NCBI GenBank assembly: GCA_037138355.1
Contig: JBAXIL010000007.1
Coordinates: 1-51,561 of the forward strand
DNA length: 51,561 nt
Reading direction: 5' to 3'
From: a bacterium
Lineage (GTDB): Bacteria > Oederibacteriota > PGYV01 > Palsa-1178
Shown: one piece after another, positions 37,023 to 46,447 of the stretch
Position numbering within the stretch: the stretch's first letter is position 1
Layout of the letters: the number at the start of each line of letters is the position of its first letter
Program-made: the position numbers and the translations under genes
The notes under the pieces: model-generated
What the model was told of the DNA's origin: nothing
The model's input: the letters and a program-made list of their open reading frames with translations, nothing else
The model's database searches: none

Positions 37023-37763
37023 TTATTTACTTGCCAGCTCATAAAATATTATAGCAGCAGCAGCGGAAACATTTAAGGATTCCACTTTTCCAGTATAATT
37101 AATCTTCACCAGCTCATGTGCTAATGATTTCACTTCAACTGACAGCCCTTGTCCTTCACTTCCAAGTGCTATTATATATTTATTTTGAACTTTTTGTTTT
37201 GCAGTGTGTAAATCTTCGCCAGCTTTTACATCTGTAGCAATCAAAGGAAACTCTTTAGAAAGATCAGTCAGCTGTTTAAAATCAATATTCTTATAATTCA
37301 CAGTGAAAACCGTACCTGCTGATGCGCGGATTACCTTATCAGAGTATATGCCAGCACTATTTAGCAACAAATAGTCATTAAACCCAAATGCCGCTCCACT
37401 TCTTATTATCGCACCTACATTTGAAGGGTCCTGTATATTATCAAGCAACACTAAAGCTTTTATCCCATCATATTTTATTATTTCCCTATCTTTTGATTTA
37501 ACTATTGCAATAAAACCCTGATGGGTCTTAACATTTGCAAATCTTTCTATAAAACTATTTTTTGTGGTTTCACAAACACCTTGATTAGTCTTATCACCAT
37601 ATTTATCAAGAACTCTTAAGCCCTGCTCAGAATACAATAAATTAGTAATTTCAAAACCCGCCTCAATAGCTTCTCCGAGTATTTTTTCTGTATCTACAAT
37701 AAACATGCCATTGTCTTTTAAGGTCTTTTTATCTTTAAGTAATTCTATTATATCTCTACGCAT
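37023..37763 (-). CDS. TrmH/SpoU family RNA methyltransferase
   Basis: Motifs 'LDNIQDPSNVGAIIRS', 'LGSEGQGLS' and 'ESLNVSAAAAI'. Confidence 0.95.
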   Translation of the reverse strand: MRRDIIELLKDKKTLKDNGMFIVDTEKILGEAIEAGFEITNLLYSEQGLRVLDKYGDKTNQGVCETTKNSFIERFANVKTHQGFIAIVKSKDREIIKYDGIKALVLLDNIQDPSNVGAIIRSGAAFGFNDYLLLNSAGIYSDKVIRASAGTVFTVNYKNIDFKQLTDLSKEFPLIATDVKAGEDLHTAKQKVQNKYIIALGSEGQGLSVEVKSLAHELVKINYTGKVESLNVSAAAAIIFYELASK

Positions 37764-37799
37764 TGTGACTCCTTATGTTAATTATCAGTTGTAAGAAAT

Positions 37800-39986
37800 T
37801 TATTTTTTATAACTTTTTATACTGACCGCTATATCTTTCTGTATTTCTGGTATATCAAGTCTTAAGCTATCTTCATCTACTATGTAATCCTTGCTGCTTA
37901 TTGTCACACCTTCATAAGTGTCATAAAACTCTATAACATATCTTCCAGGTAAAAAATCTTTTAAGTTCATGTAAGTTTCAGGAATAGCTGGGGGACTTGG
38001 ATTCCTATAACTATAGTCCTTGTTTTTAAGCCATATATAAGTCGCTTTTTTGCCTTGTACGCCTGATACAAAAACAGGGGCAAGCGCCGCACTTAGAAAG
38101 TTTTCTACTTGTATTGATTCTATTTTTATCCAATCACTACCCATATTTTCAAGCATTATTTCATTGTCCCCAGCAGGCAAAGCTACTACATATTCTGTAT
38201 TTATGTCTGCCTGGTAAATCTTCCACTCTGTCATATATTCTTTATTATCATAACTTTCTGCATTCACTGTCACTGATAAAACCTGAATATTATTTATTGA
38301 AACACGCAACTCATTATCAGCTGAAACTTTATTTAATTTTATAATCATTTTGGAAGGATTTTCATTTTTCATTGATAAAACAGGTATTGTTTTAAGCTCT
38401 GGTTTTGACTTACCAAATAAGAAGGCATTAAAATAATCCTTGTTGATTATAGTACCATCTGATTTGATCACAAAATCATCTTTTTGTGCTTTGCCCCAAA
38501 CATCTACAGGAAATATAGTTACTGCTCCCCCTATTGCGTCTTCAGCTGTTTTTTTATAATACACATCTTTTTCTTGAAGATCATTAAAGCTTTCTTTGTC
38601 CCAATTAATATCTTTTGTAAACTTTTGTAATGGCCTAAAAAGTGGGTAAAGATTAAGTCTATCCGTATATTCAGCCCAGTACCATTGCATAGGTGCACCC
38701 ATAGATAAAGTAAAAGCACCTGCCCACATCGCATTATGCATATGTATGCCAGTGATATCCACTTTATTAGTAATAAAGTCATTCCCAGCATCAATTCCAT
38801 ATTCACTAACTATATGTGGCTTGGCATAATTATCAATTTTATTCTTACATGCTTCATAAATCTGCTCTGCTTCGTCGCGAAGATTATATATATGTGTCTG
38901 AATTATATCTATCTGACTTAAGTTCCATATTTCCGGATCTTTATTTTGACTTGAAAATGAAGTTGTAAGCAAATGTCTGTAGGTATCGTGTGCTTTCATG
39001 TAGTCTAACATTTCCGAGTGCCAATCAGAAACTGGACCAGCTTTATAATTATCTGTTAAATCCACTTCGTTAAATAATTCCCATGCCATTATTCGGTCCG
39101 AAAATCCCCATCTGGCGATAATATAGCGCAATTTGTTTTTAAATACTTTTTTAGCTGCAGAATTAGTAAAAAAATCTTCAGGCGTTTTTAATAATCCATT
39201 ATTTTTTATATTGTACGGACTCTTTTCCCACTCTGGATTTATTATTGAAGAAAACTCTCCATGTGGAACCAATGTGAGCATGACATATTGTTCATTATCT
39301 CCTGCCATTTCCAATATTTTATCCAACATAAACGCTTGTTTTTGTCTTGCCCCATAATTTTCGAGTTCACTATCCCACTCTATTCCTAAACTCCAAGGTG
39401 CCATCCATATTCTGGTCAGATTGGCTCCATTATCTTTCATTTTTTTTAACCAATCTTTGTAATCAAGAAGTCCGCCGGCTTTAAACCAAGCTAAGTTCAT
39501 GCCTATACCAAAAAAGGAGTCCTTATTGTCAAACTCAAGAAATAAAGGATCTGTTTTGCTTACTCTCAAAAAACCTTTTTTATTTTTATCTGCCTCTACC
39601 ACAAAGCTTTTAAGAACTGTTTTATATACTTCTTTATTGTCCTTCATAATTTTTATAAAATATTTCCACTTACCAGTTTTCCAAGGAGCTATGCGTACTT
39701 TAAATGAGCCATTTTTTTCAGCATACACATTGGTCGCATAAGAATAATCAAAATCAGTTGAATAAAACCCATCAAGCACAAAGGTTCTATTATCAGGGGA
39801 AGTCACCACTGCCTGACAATATATTTTGTCATAGTTATATGGATTTATACCTGTAACATCATAATCAACCTGTATTTCATACTTGGAATATATAGCTATT
39901 TTATCTATTGGTGCTGCCTTTGCAGCTTGTATTATAGACGACATAAGTATCACCCCTATGATTGTAAGGACAAGTTTGGTTTTCAT
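37800..39986 (-). CDS. Exported clan GH-A (GH5-like) glycoside hydrolase with a DUF5060-like N-terminal domain
   Basis: Signal peptide, 'NPYNY...SPD...DGFY' and 'VRIAPWKTGKWKY'. Candidate acid/base in 'WELFNEVD' and nucleophile in 'PHIVSEYG'. Confidence 0.8.
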   Translation of the reverse strand: MKTKLVLTIIGVILMSSIIQAAKAAPIDKIAIYSKYEIQVDYDVTGINPYNYDKIYCQAVVTSPDNRTFVLDGFYSTDFDYSYATNVYAEKNGSFKVRIAPWKTGKWKYFIKIMKDNKEVYKTVLKSFVVEADKNKKGFLRVSKTDPLFLEFDNKDSFFGIGMNLAWFKAGGLLDYKDWLKKMKDNGANLTRIWMAPWSLGIEWDSELENYGARQKQAFMLDKILEMAGDNEQYVMLTLVPHGEFSSIINPEWEKSPYNIKNNGLLKTPEDFFTNSAAKKVFKNKLRYIIARWGFSDRIMAWELFNEVDLTDNYKAGPVSDWHSEMLDYMKAHDTYRHLLTTSFSSQNKDPEIWNLSQIDIIQTHIYNLRDEAEQIYEACKNKIDNYAKPHIVSEYGIDAGNDFITNKVDITGIHMHNAMWAGAFTLSMGAPMQWYWAEYTDRLNLYPLFRPLQKFTKDINWDKESFNDLQEKDVYYKKTAEDAIGGAVTIFPVDVWGKAQKDDFVIKSDGTIINKDYFNAFLFGKSKPELKTIPVLSMKNENPSKMIIKLNKVSADNELRVSINNIQVLSVTVNAESYDNKEYMTEWKIYQADINTEYVVALPAGDNEIMLENMGSDWIKIESIQVENFLSAALAPVFVSGVQGKKATYIWLKNKDYSYRNPSPPAIPETYMNLKDFLPGRYVIEFYDTYEGVTISSKDYIVDEDSLRLDIPEIQKDIAVSIKSYKK

Positions 39987-40106
39987 TTTTTCTCCACAAG
40001 TACTATTTTATTATTGCTGTTTTGCGTTTAGCATATATAATAATATAACGGAGCAGGCATTTTTTCAATGATTTTTAATAAATATCTTTATTAAAGGGCG
40101 GTTTAT

Positions 40107-41249
40107 TTGAATAACTTTGATGTGGTAATAATAGGAGCAGGACCAGCAGGTGCGACAGCCGCATATACACTTGCAAAGTCAGGCATATCCTGTGCCCTAA
40201 TAGAACAAAAAAAGACCCCTGGTGAGCCTGTTTGTTGTGGTGAAGCAATAAGCGAATCCTCGCTTAAAGCTGCTGGGCTTTTACATGGTTCTTATGTGGA
40301 CAAAAAAATAAAAGGCTTCAAAATTCACTTTCCCAATAATAAATACTTCTTCGTAGATTCTCCTGGCTATGTCATAAACAGAAATAAGTTTGACCTACAT
40401 ATCTTTGACCTTGCCATGAAGAACGGAGCTAAAGCTTTTTTAAGACACAAAGCAGAAACGATAAAAAGGACAGAAACTGGTTTTGAAGTTTCTACAAATA
40501 AAGGTATGTTTTCCTGTAAGTACCTAATTGGCGCTGATGGTCCTAAATCTATGGTTGATACACTGTTTTTTAATAATCACACATACCTTGTTGAAGCCAC
40601 ACAATATAAGCTCTCAAAATCAGACTATAAATACGACTCCAATAATTATTTGGATTTTTTTTACAGCACACTCTCAAATTACTATTTTTGGATATTCGAA
40701 AAAAATAAAGAAATAAATATAGGCGGTTTGGTAAAGAATAAAGAAACCCTTAATGCTTTTATTAATAAAAACTTTCCAAACCAAACCTTAAAACATAAAG
40801 GGTTCTGCAGAGGTTTAATACCTATTGGAGGAATCAAAGATAAAATTTTTAATCATAATGCCTTTCTTATCGGAGATGCCGCAGGATTGACTAACCCAGT
40901 TACCTTTGCAGGTATATATACTGCCATCTTAAGCGCTAAAATATGTGCTTATTCTATTTACGGAGAAATCAAAATGGGAAAGAAGGAATCTCCTGCTATG
41001 TACGAAAAAGCCATAAGGAAACAAAATTTTGTGTCCAAAGATATTCAATACGCAGCAAAATATTGCTATTCCTTTCCACAAGAAGTGTTAAATTTCATAG
41101 GGGAGTATTTTTCAGGACGCCATTTCAGGACAAAAGATGTATTTGGATTTATTCTACTTGCTTTAAAACATCCTATAATATTTAGACATACGCTTTCACT
41201 TATACGACATAGAAAACTTCTTAAAGAAAAAATTAATCATCTTTGGTAA
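40107..41249 (+). CDS. Geranylgeranyl-reductase-family FAD oxidoreductase
   Basis: Motifs 'DVVIIGAGPAG', 'CCGEAI', 'INRNKFD', 'IGADG', 'YFWIF' and 'IGDAAGLTNPVTFAGI'. Confidence 0.85.
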   Translation: MNNFDVVIIGAGPAGATAAYTLAKSGISCALIEQKKTPGEPVCCGEAISESSLKAAGLLHGSYVDKKIKGFKIHFPNNKYFFVDSPGYVINRNKFDLHIFDLAMKNGAKAFLRHKAETIKRTETGFEVSTNKGMFSCKYLIGADGPKSMVDTLFFNNHTYLVEATQYKLSKSDYKYDSNNYLDFFYSTLSNYYFWIFEKNKEINIGGLVKNKETLNAFINKNFPNQTLKHKGFCRGLIPIGGIKDKIFNHNAFLIGDAAGLTNPVTFAGIYTAILSAKICAYSIYGEIKMGKKESPAMYEKAIRKQNFVSKDIQYAAKYCYSFPQEVLNFIGEYFSGRHFRTKDVFGFILLALKHPIIFRHTLSLIRHRKLLKEKINHLW

Positions 41250-41268
41250 TACTAATACATAAAAAAGC

Positions 41269-41295
41269 AAAAGGGGCGTTTTCACGCCCCTTTTT
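41269..41295. terminator. Bidirectional intrinsic terminator
   Basis: AAAAGGGGCGT-TTTC-ACGCCCCTTTTT between convergent genes. Confidence 0.88.
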
Positions 41296-41315
41296 ATTTT
41301 TCTTATTTATTGAAA

Positions 41316-41825
41316 TTAAAAGTAATACCTTGCACCGACTCCGCCACCAAATCCAAAGCCAAAAGACGGCACTACATTAATTGAAGGAGCTATTTCAGTA
41401 AAGATATCAATTGGATAATTTTCAAAGTGATAACACGCACCCAGTGGAACTCTCAAACCCACCCCAAAACCACCTGAGGTATAACCATAATAAGTCATAT
41501 AATACATGCTCAAAAATACACCTGGCCCAAAATACAAACCAAGCTCTCCTTTTTCTACCTTGATTATATTAAAATTATGAAAGAGATAATCAAAAGAAAG
41601 TCCAAAGGCACCATAATAATACCAGGAAAGACTTCCCTGTATGGCTGTATCATGAGTTAAAAACTTTTTTACACTAAGACCAGACGGTGAACCAGCAAGA
41701 AAACCTACACCAATCCCATCATAAATACTTCCTGTTGACACATTTACCTGAACATTCAACTTCTTTGCAAAAACAGAAACTGAAAACAACAAAAGAACTA
41801 CCGCGAGTAAAACGATTTTTTTCAT
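41316..41825 (-). CDS. Small outer-membrane beta-barrel (DUF3996-like)
   Basis: Signal peptide, 'GSPSGLSVK', 'GLRVPLG', 'DIFTEIAP' and C-terminal 'GVGARYYF'. Confidence 0.75.
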   Translation of the reverse strand: MKKIVLLAVVLLLFSVSVFAKKLNVQVNVSTGSIYDGIGVGFLAGSPSGLSVKKFLTHDTAIQGSLSWYYYGAFGLSFDYLFHNFNIIKVEKGELGLYFGPGVFLSMYYMTYYGYTSGGFGVGLRVPLGACYHFENYPIDIFTEIAPSINVVPSFGFGFGGGVGARYYF

Positions 41826-41899
41826 AATTCCTCCTTTTGTTTTGTATTTATTATATCCTACTATAATCGTTGCAAATAATCAATATTTTTCTATTTGCT

Positions 41900-43162
41900 T
41901 TACTTATTTATGGTGCAATGACCTGCCTTTGATTTTTTTAGAGTAACCGAACAATAACTGTACCCAAAAACAGATGGGAAGTCACCACAAAAACTAATAG
42001 GACTGGATTGTATCCCCCAATTTCCAGTTTTTTGTAAATAACTGCCACACATTACCCCAAAATCACCTACGACACTAAATGTTCTTCTCACATCAAGATA
42101 TCCATCATCATAGAACCTCATTGTGATAGAACCGTTTACTGTATCATGTGTCTTAACCCAAGCACTCCCGCCTTCCGATTCTGCTTTCACTAAGTTTTCA
42201 TAATGTCCTTCTTCAAGATCTATATCATTTGTATTTAGATAAGTATTTTGTATAACCGCTATATCTTCTGTAAATTGATGACTTGCATATTCTCTTTTTA
42301 CGCTACCTGTCACATAGAAGTTTTGAACATCGGTATTGTAATTTTTTGTTCCAATCCAATATATTGTTTTTCCATTTTCAGAAAATGGGGCAAACAACAC
42401 ACTGGCAGCAGGATCTATATAGGTTTTTGCGAATTTAACATCCGCATCAACATTAAATGCCCAGTTCTTTTTTATTATACTTGCTGTAGATGTAATGGAT
42501 TTTCCACCTTGAACAGCAACTGCATTCACATAAAAATTATTTCCATCAGTATCAACCTCTTCATAGCTTTTCGGTACTGCAATAGAAAAATTAATTGTAT
42601 CATTGTCATTTCTGACTGTTAAACTATCCGCAGTAATAGTAAGTCCACTCGGTGCATTAATAAAGTTTATATTATATTGTTTGCTTTTTGAACAGTGATA
42701 AGTAAGTTTATACTGTAGCGTAGATGGCGCGATAGGCAGGTTCACATTACCTGACACAAGTTCTAATGAAACACTTTGCGTCCCAAGTTCGACTGCATAA
42801 ACCGTATTTGACATTGGTTCCACTAAATAATATAAGCTATCATATCCATTTTGCCCAGGTATTCTTAACTCCCATTGGCCCCCATTATTAATACCAAACA
42901 ATGCTGTACCTAAAGCATTTGTATAAACAGAAGCCATTGTTGTGACTCCCTGTGGTGCTATTTTCACTTCAACTGACGGTACTGGAGTTCCTGCTTCTGA
43001 CACTATTACCTTAAATATAGCATTAGGTGTAACTGACGGTGTCGCTGTACTATCAATCTTATTTACTGCTAAAGGACCACTCGGTACTTTACTATTGCAT
43101 CCTGACAAAAACATAAACATTACAACTAAAACAAAAGACAATAAAATCAACATTCTCTTCAT
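41900..43162 (-). CDS. Beta-rich lipoprotein of unknown function
   Basis: Lipobox 'LSGC', Thr/Pro linker, a prealbumin/carboxypeptidase-regulatory-like segment ('PVPSVEVKI...YTNALG') and four C-terminal Cys. Confidence 0.65.
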   Translation of the reverse strand: MKRMLILLSFVLVVMFMFLSGCNSKVPSGPLAVNKIDSTATPSVTPNAIFKVIVSEAGTPVPSVEVKIAPQGVTTMASVYTNALGTALFGINNGGQWELRIPGQNGYDSLYYLVEPMSNTVYAVELGTQSVSLELVSGNVNLPIAPSTLQYKLTYHCSKSKQYNINFINAPSGLTITADSLTVRNDNDTINFSIAVPKSYEEVDTDGNNFYVNAVAVQGGKSITSTASIIKKNWAFNVDADVKFAKTYIDPAASVLFAPFSENGKTIYWIGTKNYNTDVQNFYVTGSVKREYASHQFTEDIAVIQNTYLNTNDIDLEEGHYENLVKAESEGGSAWVKTHDTVNGSITMRFYDDGYLDVRRTFSVVGDFGVMCGSYLQKTGNWGIQSSPISFCGDFPSVFGYSYCSVTLKKSKAGHCTINK

Positions 43163-43181
43163 CTTACCCCCCCTATATTTT

Positions 43182-44804
43182 TTACCTTTTTGTAATTACT
43201 TCCACCTTGTTTGCTTCATTTAGAACTTTAATAGCTTCAAACATTTTTTTTCCTTGCTCGTTTTCAGGTTCAAGTCGCAAAACAAACTCACACTTTTTTT
43301 TCGCCTCCTCTATTTTACCAATATTAAAAAGATTTTGTGCCTGCTTCATTGCCTTCTCTAAACTCGCAGTTTTCTCACTCGTATTTTCCTCTATTTTTTT
43401 CATTGCATTTTCCTTATTGTCGGATGCCTCCTTATCATCTGGATTTACTAACAAAACCTCATCCCATAGTTCTATAGCTTCTTGATATCTACCGTGTTTA
43501 TATTTTTCCACTGCTTTATTATATTTTTTCACTGTGTTTTTTTTACTATTGACGATTTTCTTTAATTCTTCCGAGAGATTTGTTATGGCTTCATTTTCAG
43601 GATTATACTGCCCAGCCATACAAACATTTATGTATGATTTTTCATTGTCTCCAGCTGATTGCAATGCCACTGCCAAGCTATAATATTCTTCTGCTTTTGC
43701 ATCAAACACTTTTATGTAAAACTCTGCCTGCTTATTATTTTTTGACATTGCCAAAACCTCAAGATAGCTTGCTCTGGCTTTTTTATATTGCATTTTAACT
43801 CTTAATTCATCTGCCTGTTTTATCAATTTATCCACACTAACTGTGGCCTTTTCTGTTTTTAGAATAAGATCTATTTTCTCTTTTAATTCGCTTATTTTTT
43901 CATCATTTGGGGCTGTATTTGCTGCCTGATCTATCTTTTCAGAAGCCCTATGCAGTAAACCTTCTTCATAATAATCAACTGCCTCGCTATATAATTTTGC
44001 AGAAATTTCTGGGAATTGACCATCTTTTGACGGGACTTCAATTTTTATTAATTTATTTTTGCTATCATCAAATCTAAAAACAAAACCTGCATTTATATAT
44101 GCTCCTGAATAATCTACATTGCTTATACCCTGACTTTCACCCGTCCAACCATAAATATTATTGATAGTTACCATTACTTTACCATACGCCAACCTGTAAC
44201 CTGCCCTAATACCAATTCCTGAAACATCACAAAACCACCAATTTAATCCTGCCTCCACTGAACCTGCGGGTATTGCGGTATTCCAATCTTTTCTTATACT
44301 ATAAAGTATTCCACCATCTTCCTTATATGCTGCCTCTTCCATATAATTTCCATAATAATGACACAACCCACCATCTGCCGCTATGTAACCAGTAAAAAAC
44401 GGATTGCTCTTATCTTGAAAATTATATTTTATACCTATTCCTGTAAAAAAAGTGCTGAAATCACTTTTAGTTTTTTGAGCAACAAGTCCGCTTGGCCAAT
44501 ACACTTTTGATTCCCCATTCATAAAAACAATGCCACAAGTACGAATATATATACCTACTACTGACATAAAATCATAACCAAAGGTGATATCAGGAAGTAT
44601 GGCAAGATCAAGCGTTTTTAAATCTGATTGTATTCCAAGAGTTTTATTGTAAGTATTATCTGCTGATATTGAATCGTTATATTCTTTCATTTCTGCTTTT
44701 GTTGCCCCGCCATATACAGCTAAATAAAAGTTACCTGCGGTAGTTTGAAACGGAAAAGTTATAAATAAACATAATAAAATAAAAAATGCATACCTTGTGT
44801 GCAT
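43182..44804 (-). CDS. Outer-membrane beta-barrel-like domain fused to a C-terminal TPR region
   Basis: Signal peptide, amphipathic strands ending 'YINAGFVFRF', then TPR-like repeats ('GRYQEAIELWDEVLLVNPDD', 'VLRLEPEN'). Start placed at ATG 44804 behind GGGGGG (ORF track start 44831). Confidence 0.7.
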   Translation of the reverse strand: MHTRYAFFILLCLFITFPFQTTAGNFYLAVYGGATKAEMKEYNDSISADNTYNKTLGIQSDLKTLDLAILPDITFGYDFMSVVGIYIRTCGIVFMNGESKVYWPSGLVAQKTKSDFSTFFTGIGIKYNFQDKSNPFFTGYIAADGGLCHYYGNYMEEAAYKEDGGILYSIRKDWNTAIPAGSVEAGLNWWFCDVSGIGIRAGYRLAYGKVMVTINNIYGWTGESQGISNVDYSGAYINAGFVFRFDDSKNKLIKIEVPSKDGQFPEISAKLYSEAVDYYEEGLLHRASEKIDQAANTAPNDEKISELKEKIDLILKTEKATVSVDKLIKQADELRVKMQYKKARASYLEVLAMSKNNKQAEFYIKVFDAKAEEYYSLAVALQSAGDNEKSYINVCMAGQYNPENEAITNLSEELKKIVNSKKNTVKKYNKAVEKYKHGRYQEAIELWDEVLLVNPDDKEASDNKENAMKKIEENTSEKTASLEKAMKQAQNLFNIGKIEEAKKKCEFVLRLEPENEQGKKMFEAIKVLNEANKVEVITKR

Positions 44805-44862
44805 AGCTATCCCCCCGGATAATTGTTGCAATTAATGCTCTTGCCCCTCTATATGGAAAGTG

Positions 44863-44890
44863 ATTATATTAAATTTTACAGATTTGTCAA
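44863..44890 (-). promoter_or_regulatory. Putative sigma70 promoter of the barrel-TPR gene
   Basis: Minus strand TTGACA (44890-44885), 16 nt, TATAAT (44868-44863). Confidence 0.65.
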
Positions 44891-44943
44891 ACATTATTTT
44901 GTGTTATAATCATTTAAACAATTATATGGAGGTTTAAAATTAA

Positions 44944-45864
44944 ATGAAGATATACATAACAGGTGGTACTGGTTTTATAGGATCGTATGTTGTAAAAGCT
45001 TTAAATGACAACAAACACGAAGTGATAGTTCTTGCAAGAAAACCTGAGAAAGTCAAAGCATTAGCTTTACTTCCAAAAGTTAAAATTGTTAAAGCCCCTA
45101 TGGAAAATATGAAAGCATTACAAAAACTAATAATCAAGCCCGATGCAGTAATACATGTGGCCCTTTGCTGGGGAGATACTGGACCAGATATGCTTATAAA
45201 TGAGACCTTAACTTCTATCAAACTAATTGACTTGTCAATTAAAGCCGGAGCTAAACATATCATATTTACTTCTTCCACCGCAGCCCACGGAAGTCTAAGT
45301 AAAACTTCTGATGAATCAGTAAAACCACGACCTAATGATTTTTACGGTGCAACAAAAGGGTCCGTAGAACTTTTTATGTCGGCTTACTCCAATTATTTTA
45401 AAAAAATACAATTCAATACCATAAGACCTGGCTACACCTTCGGAGATCCTGTTGTTTTAGGCGGGACTATGGAAAATGATAAAAGATTTTTTAATATCTG
45501 TGATAATGCTAAAGCAGGAAAAGATATTGTCCTTGTAAAAAATGATGGCACGCAGTTTATCTGGGCAGGCGACCTTGCTAAGATATACACAAAGGTTCTT
45601 CAAAGCAAGTTTACTAATGAGACCTTTTATGGATTATCAAAAAACTTCATTACCTGGGAACAAATAGCCAAGTGGGCAATAGCATATACAGGGAGTAAAA
45701 GTAAAATTCAGTTAAAAGATTTGGGTTGGGGAGACAAACCTTCCCTTTTCAATGTAAGTAAGATCAAAAAACATTTTGGTCTGTCCTTTGATTCAAACAA
45801 GCAGGTTAAAGCACATGTAGAGTTCCTGATTGACAATCCAGAAACCTATAAACATAGTTCATAA
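44944..45864 (+). CDS. NAD-dependent epimerase/dehydratase (extended SDR)
   Basis: 'ITGGTGFIG', 'FTSS' and YxxxK ('YGATK'). GGAGG RBS. Confidence 0.9.
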   Translation: MKIYITGGTGFIGSYVVKALNDNKHEVIVLARKPEKVKALALLPKVKIVKAPMENMKALQKLIIKPDAVIHVALCWGDTGPDMLINETLTSIKLIDLSIKAGAKHIIFTSSTAAHGSLSKTSDESVKPRPNDFYGATKGSVELFMSAYSNYFKKIQFNTIRPGYTFGDPVVLGGTMENDKRFFNICDNAKAGKDIVLVKNDGTQFIWAGDLAKIYTKVLQSKFTNETFYGLSKNFITWEQIAKWAIAYTGSKSKIQLKDLGWGDKPSLFNVSKIKKHFGLSFDSNKQVKAHVEFLIDNPETYKHSS

Positions 45865-45886
45865 ATAATAGGCAAGTTAAAAATAA

Positions 45887-45919
45887 AAAACGCAAATAAC
45901 ATTACATTATTTGCGTTTT
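45887..45919. terminator. Probable bidirectional terminator
   Basis: AAAACGCAAATAA, 7 nt, TTATTTGCGTTTT between convergent ORFs. Confidence 0.7.
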
Positions 45920-46065
45920 ATTTTTTCTGTCTTATACTTTGATTTAAATGACTCAACTTTATAGCCTGCTTTTACAATAACGCAACCTTTTTGTCCTGGA
46001 GCGCATTTATTCTTTAGAAGTACACAATCTGCGTTTTTTTCATATTTGCAAAAAGAACTTTGCAC
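45907..46065 (-). CDS. Small 4-Cys protein (52 aa), absent from the ORF track
   Basis: GTG start 14 nt after the nfu stop. Translation MQSSFCKYEKNADCVLLKNKCAPGQKGCVIVKAGYKVESFKSKYKTEKIKRK (C-x7-C-x6-C-x-PG-x-KGC). No clear RBS. Confidence 0.65.
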   Translation of the reverse strand: MQSSFCKYEKNADCVLLKNKCAPGQKGCVIVKAGYKVESFKSKYKTEKIKRK

Positions 46066-46079
46066 GATTTTATACTTAA

Positions 46080-46304
46080 TTAAACAGCAACTACTGACTT
46101 TACTGCTGGAACATCTTCCATAAGTTTAACTTCTACACCCTGTTTTAAGGTAACCTGCGCCATAGGACAACCATTGCAAGCTCCAGTTAATTTTACCTTA
46201 ACTTCGCCTGTTTTTTCGTCAAATGCTACAAACTCTATGTCTCCGCCGTCTCCTTGTAAAAAAGGTCTTAATTCTTCAATTGCTTTTTTCACTTTATCTA
46301 CCAT
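46080..46304 (-). CDS. Nfu/NifU C-terminal-domain Fe-S carrier
   Basis: 'LRPFLQGDGGDIE' and 'LTGACNGCPMAQVTLKQGVE' (CxxC). Confidence 0.95.
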   Translation of the reverse strand: MVDKVKKAIEELRPFLQGDGGDIEFVAFDEKTGEVKVKLTGACNGCPMAQVTLKQGVEVKLMEDVPAVKSVVAV

Positions 46305-46373
46305 GATGAAACCTCCATAAATTTGTTTTAATACTTTATAACATTAAGCAAAAACTTTCAAATCTTTTCTTAT

Positions 46374-46421
46374 ATATCACTAACTTAGTGATATTATATC
46401 ATTGCCACACTTGTTTGTCAA
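46374..46421 (-). promoter_or_regulatory. Consensus sigma70 promoter of nfu with an overlapping perfect palindrome
   Basis: Minus strand TTGACA (46421-46416), 17 nt, TATAAT (46398-46393), with an extended -10 TG. Palindrome ATATCACTAA-C-TTAGTGATAT at 46374-46394. Confidence 0.8.
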
Positions 46422-46447
46422 GTTTATTTTATAATAATGCTTAGTTC

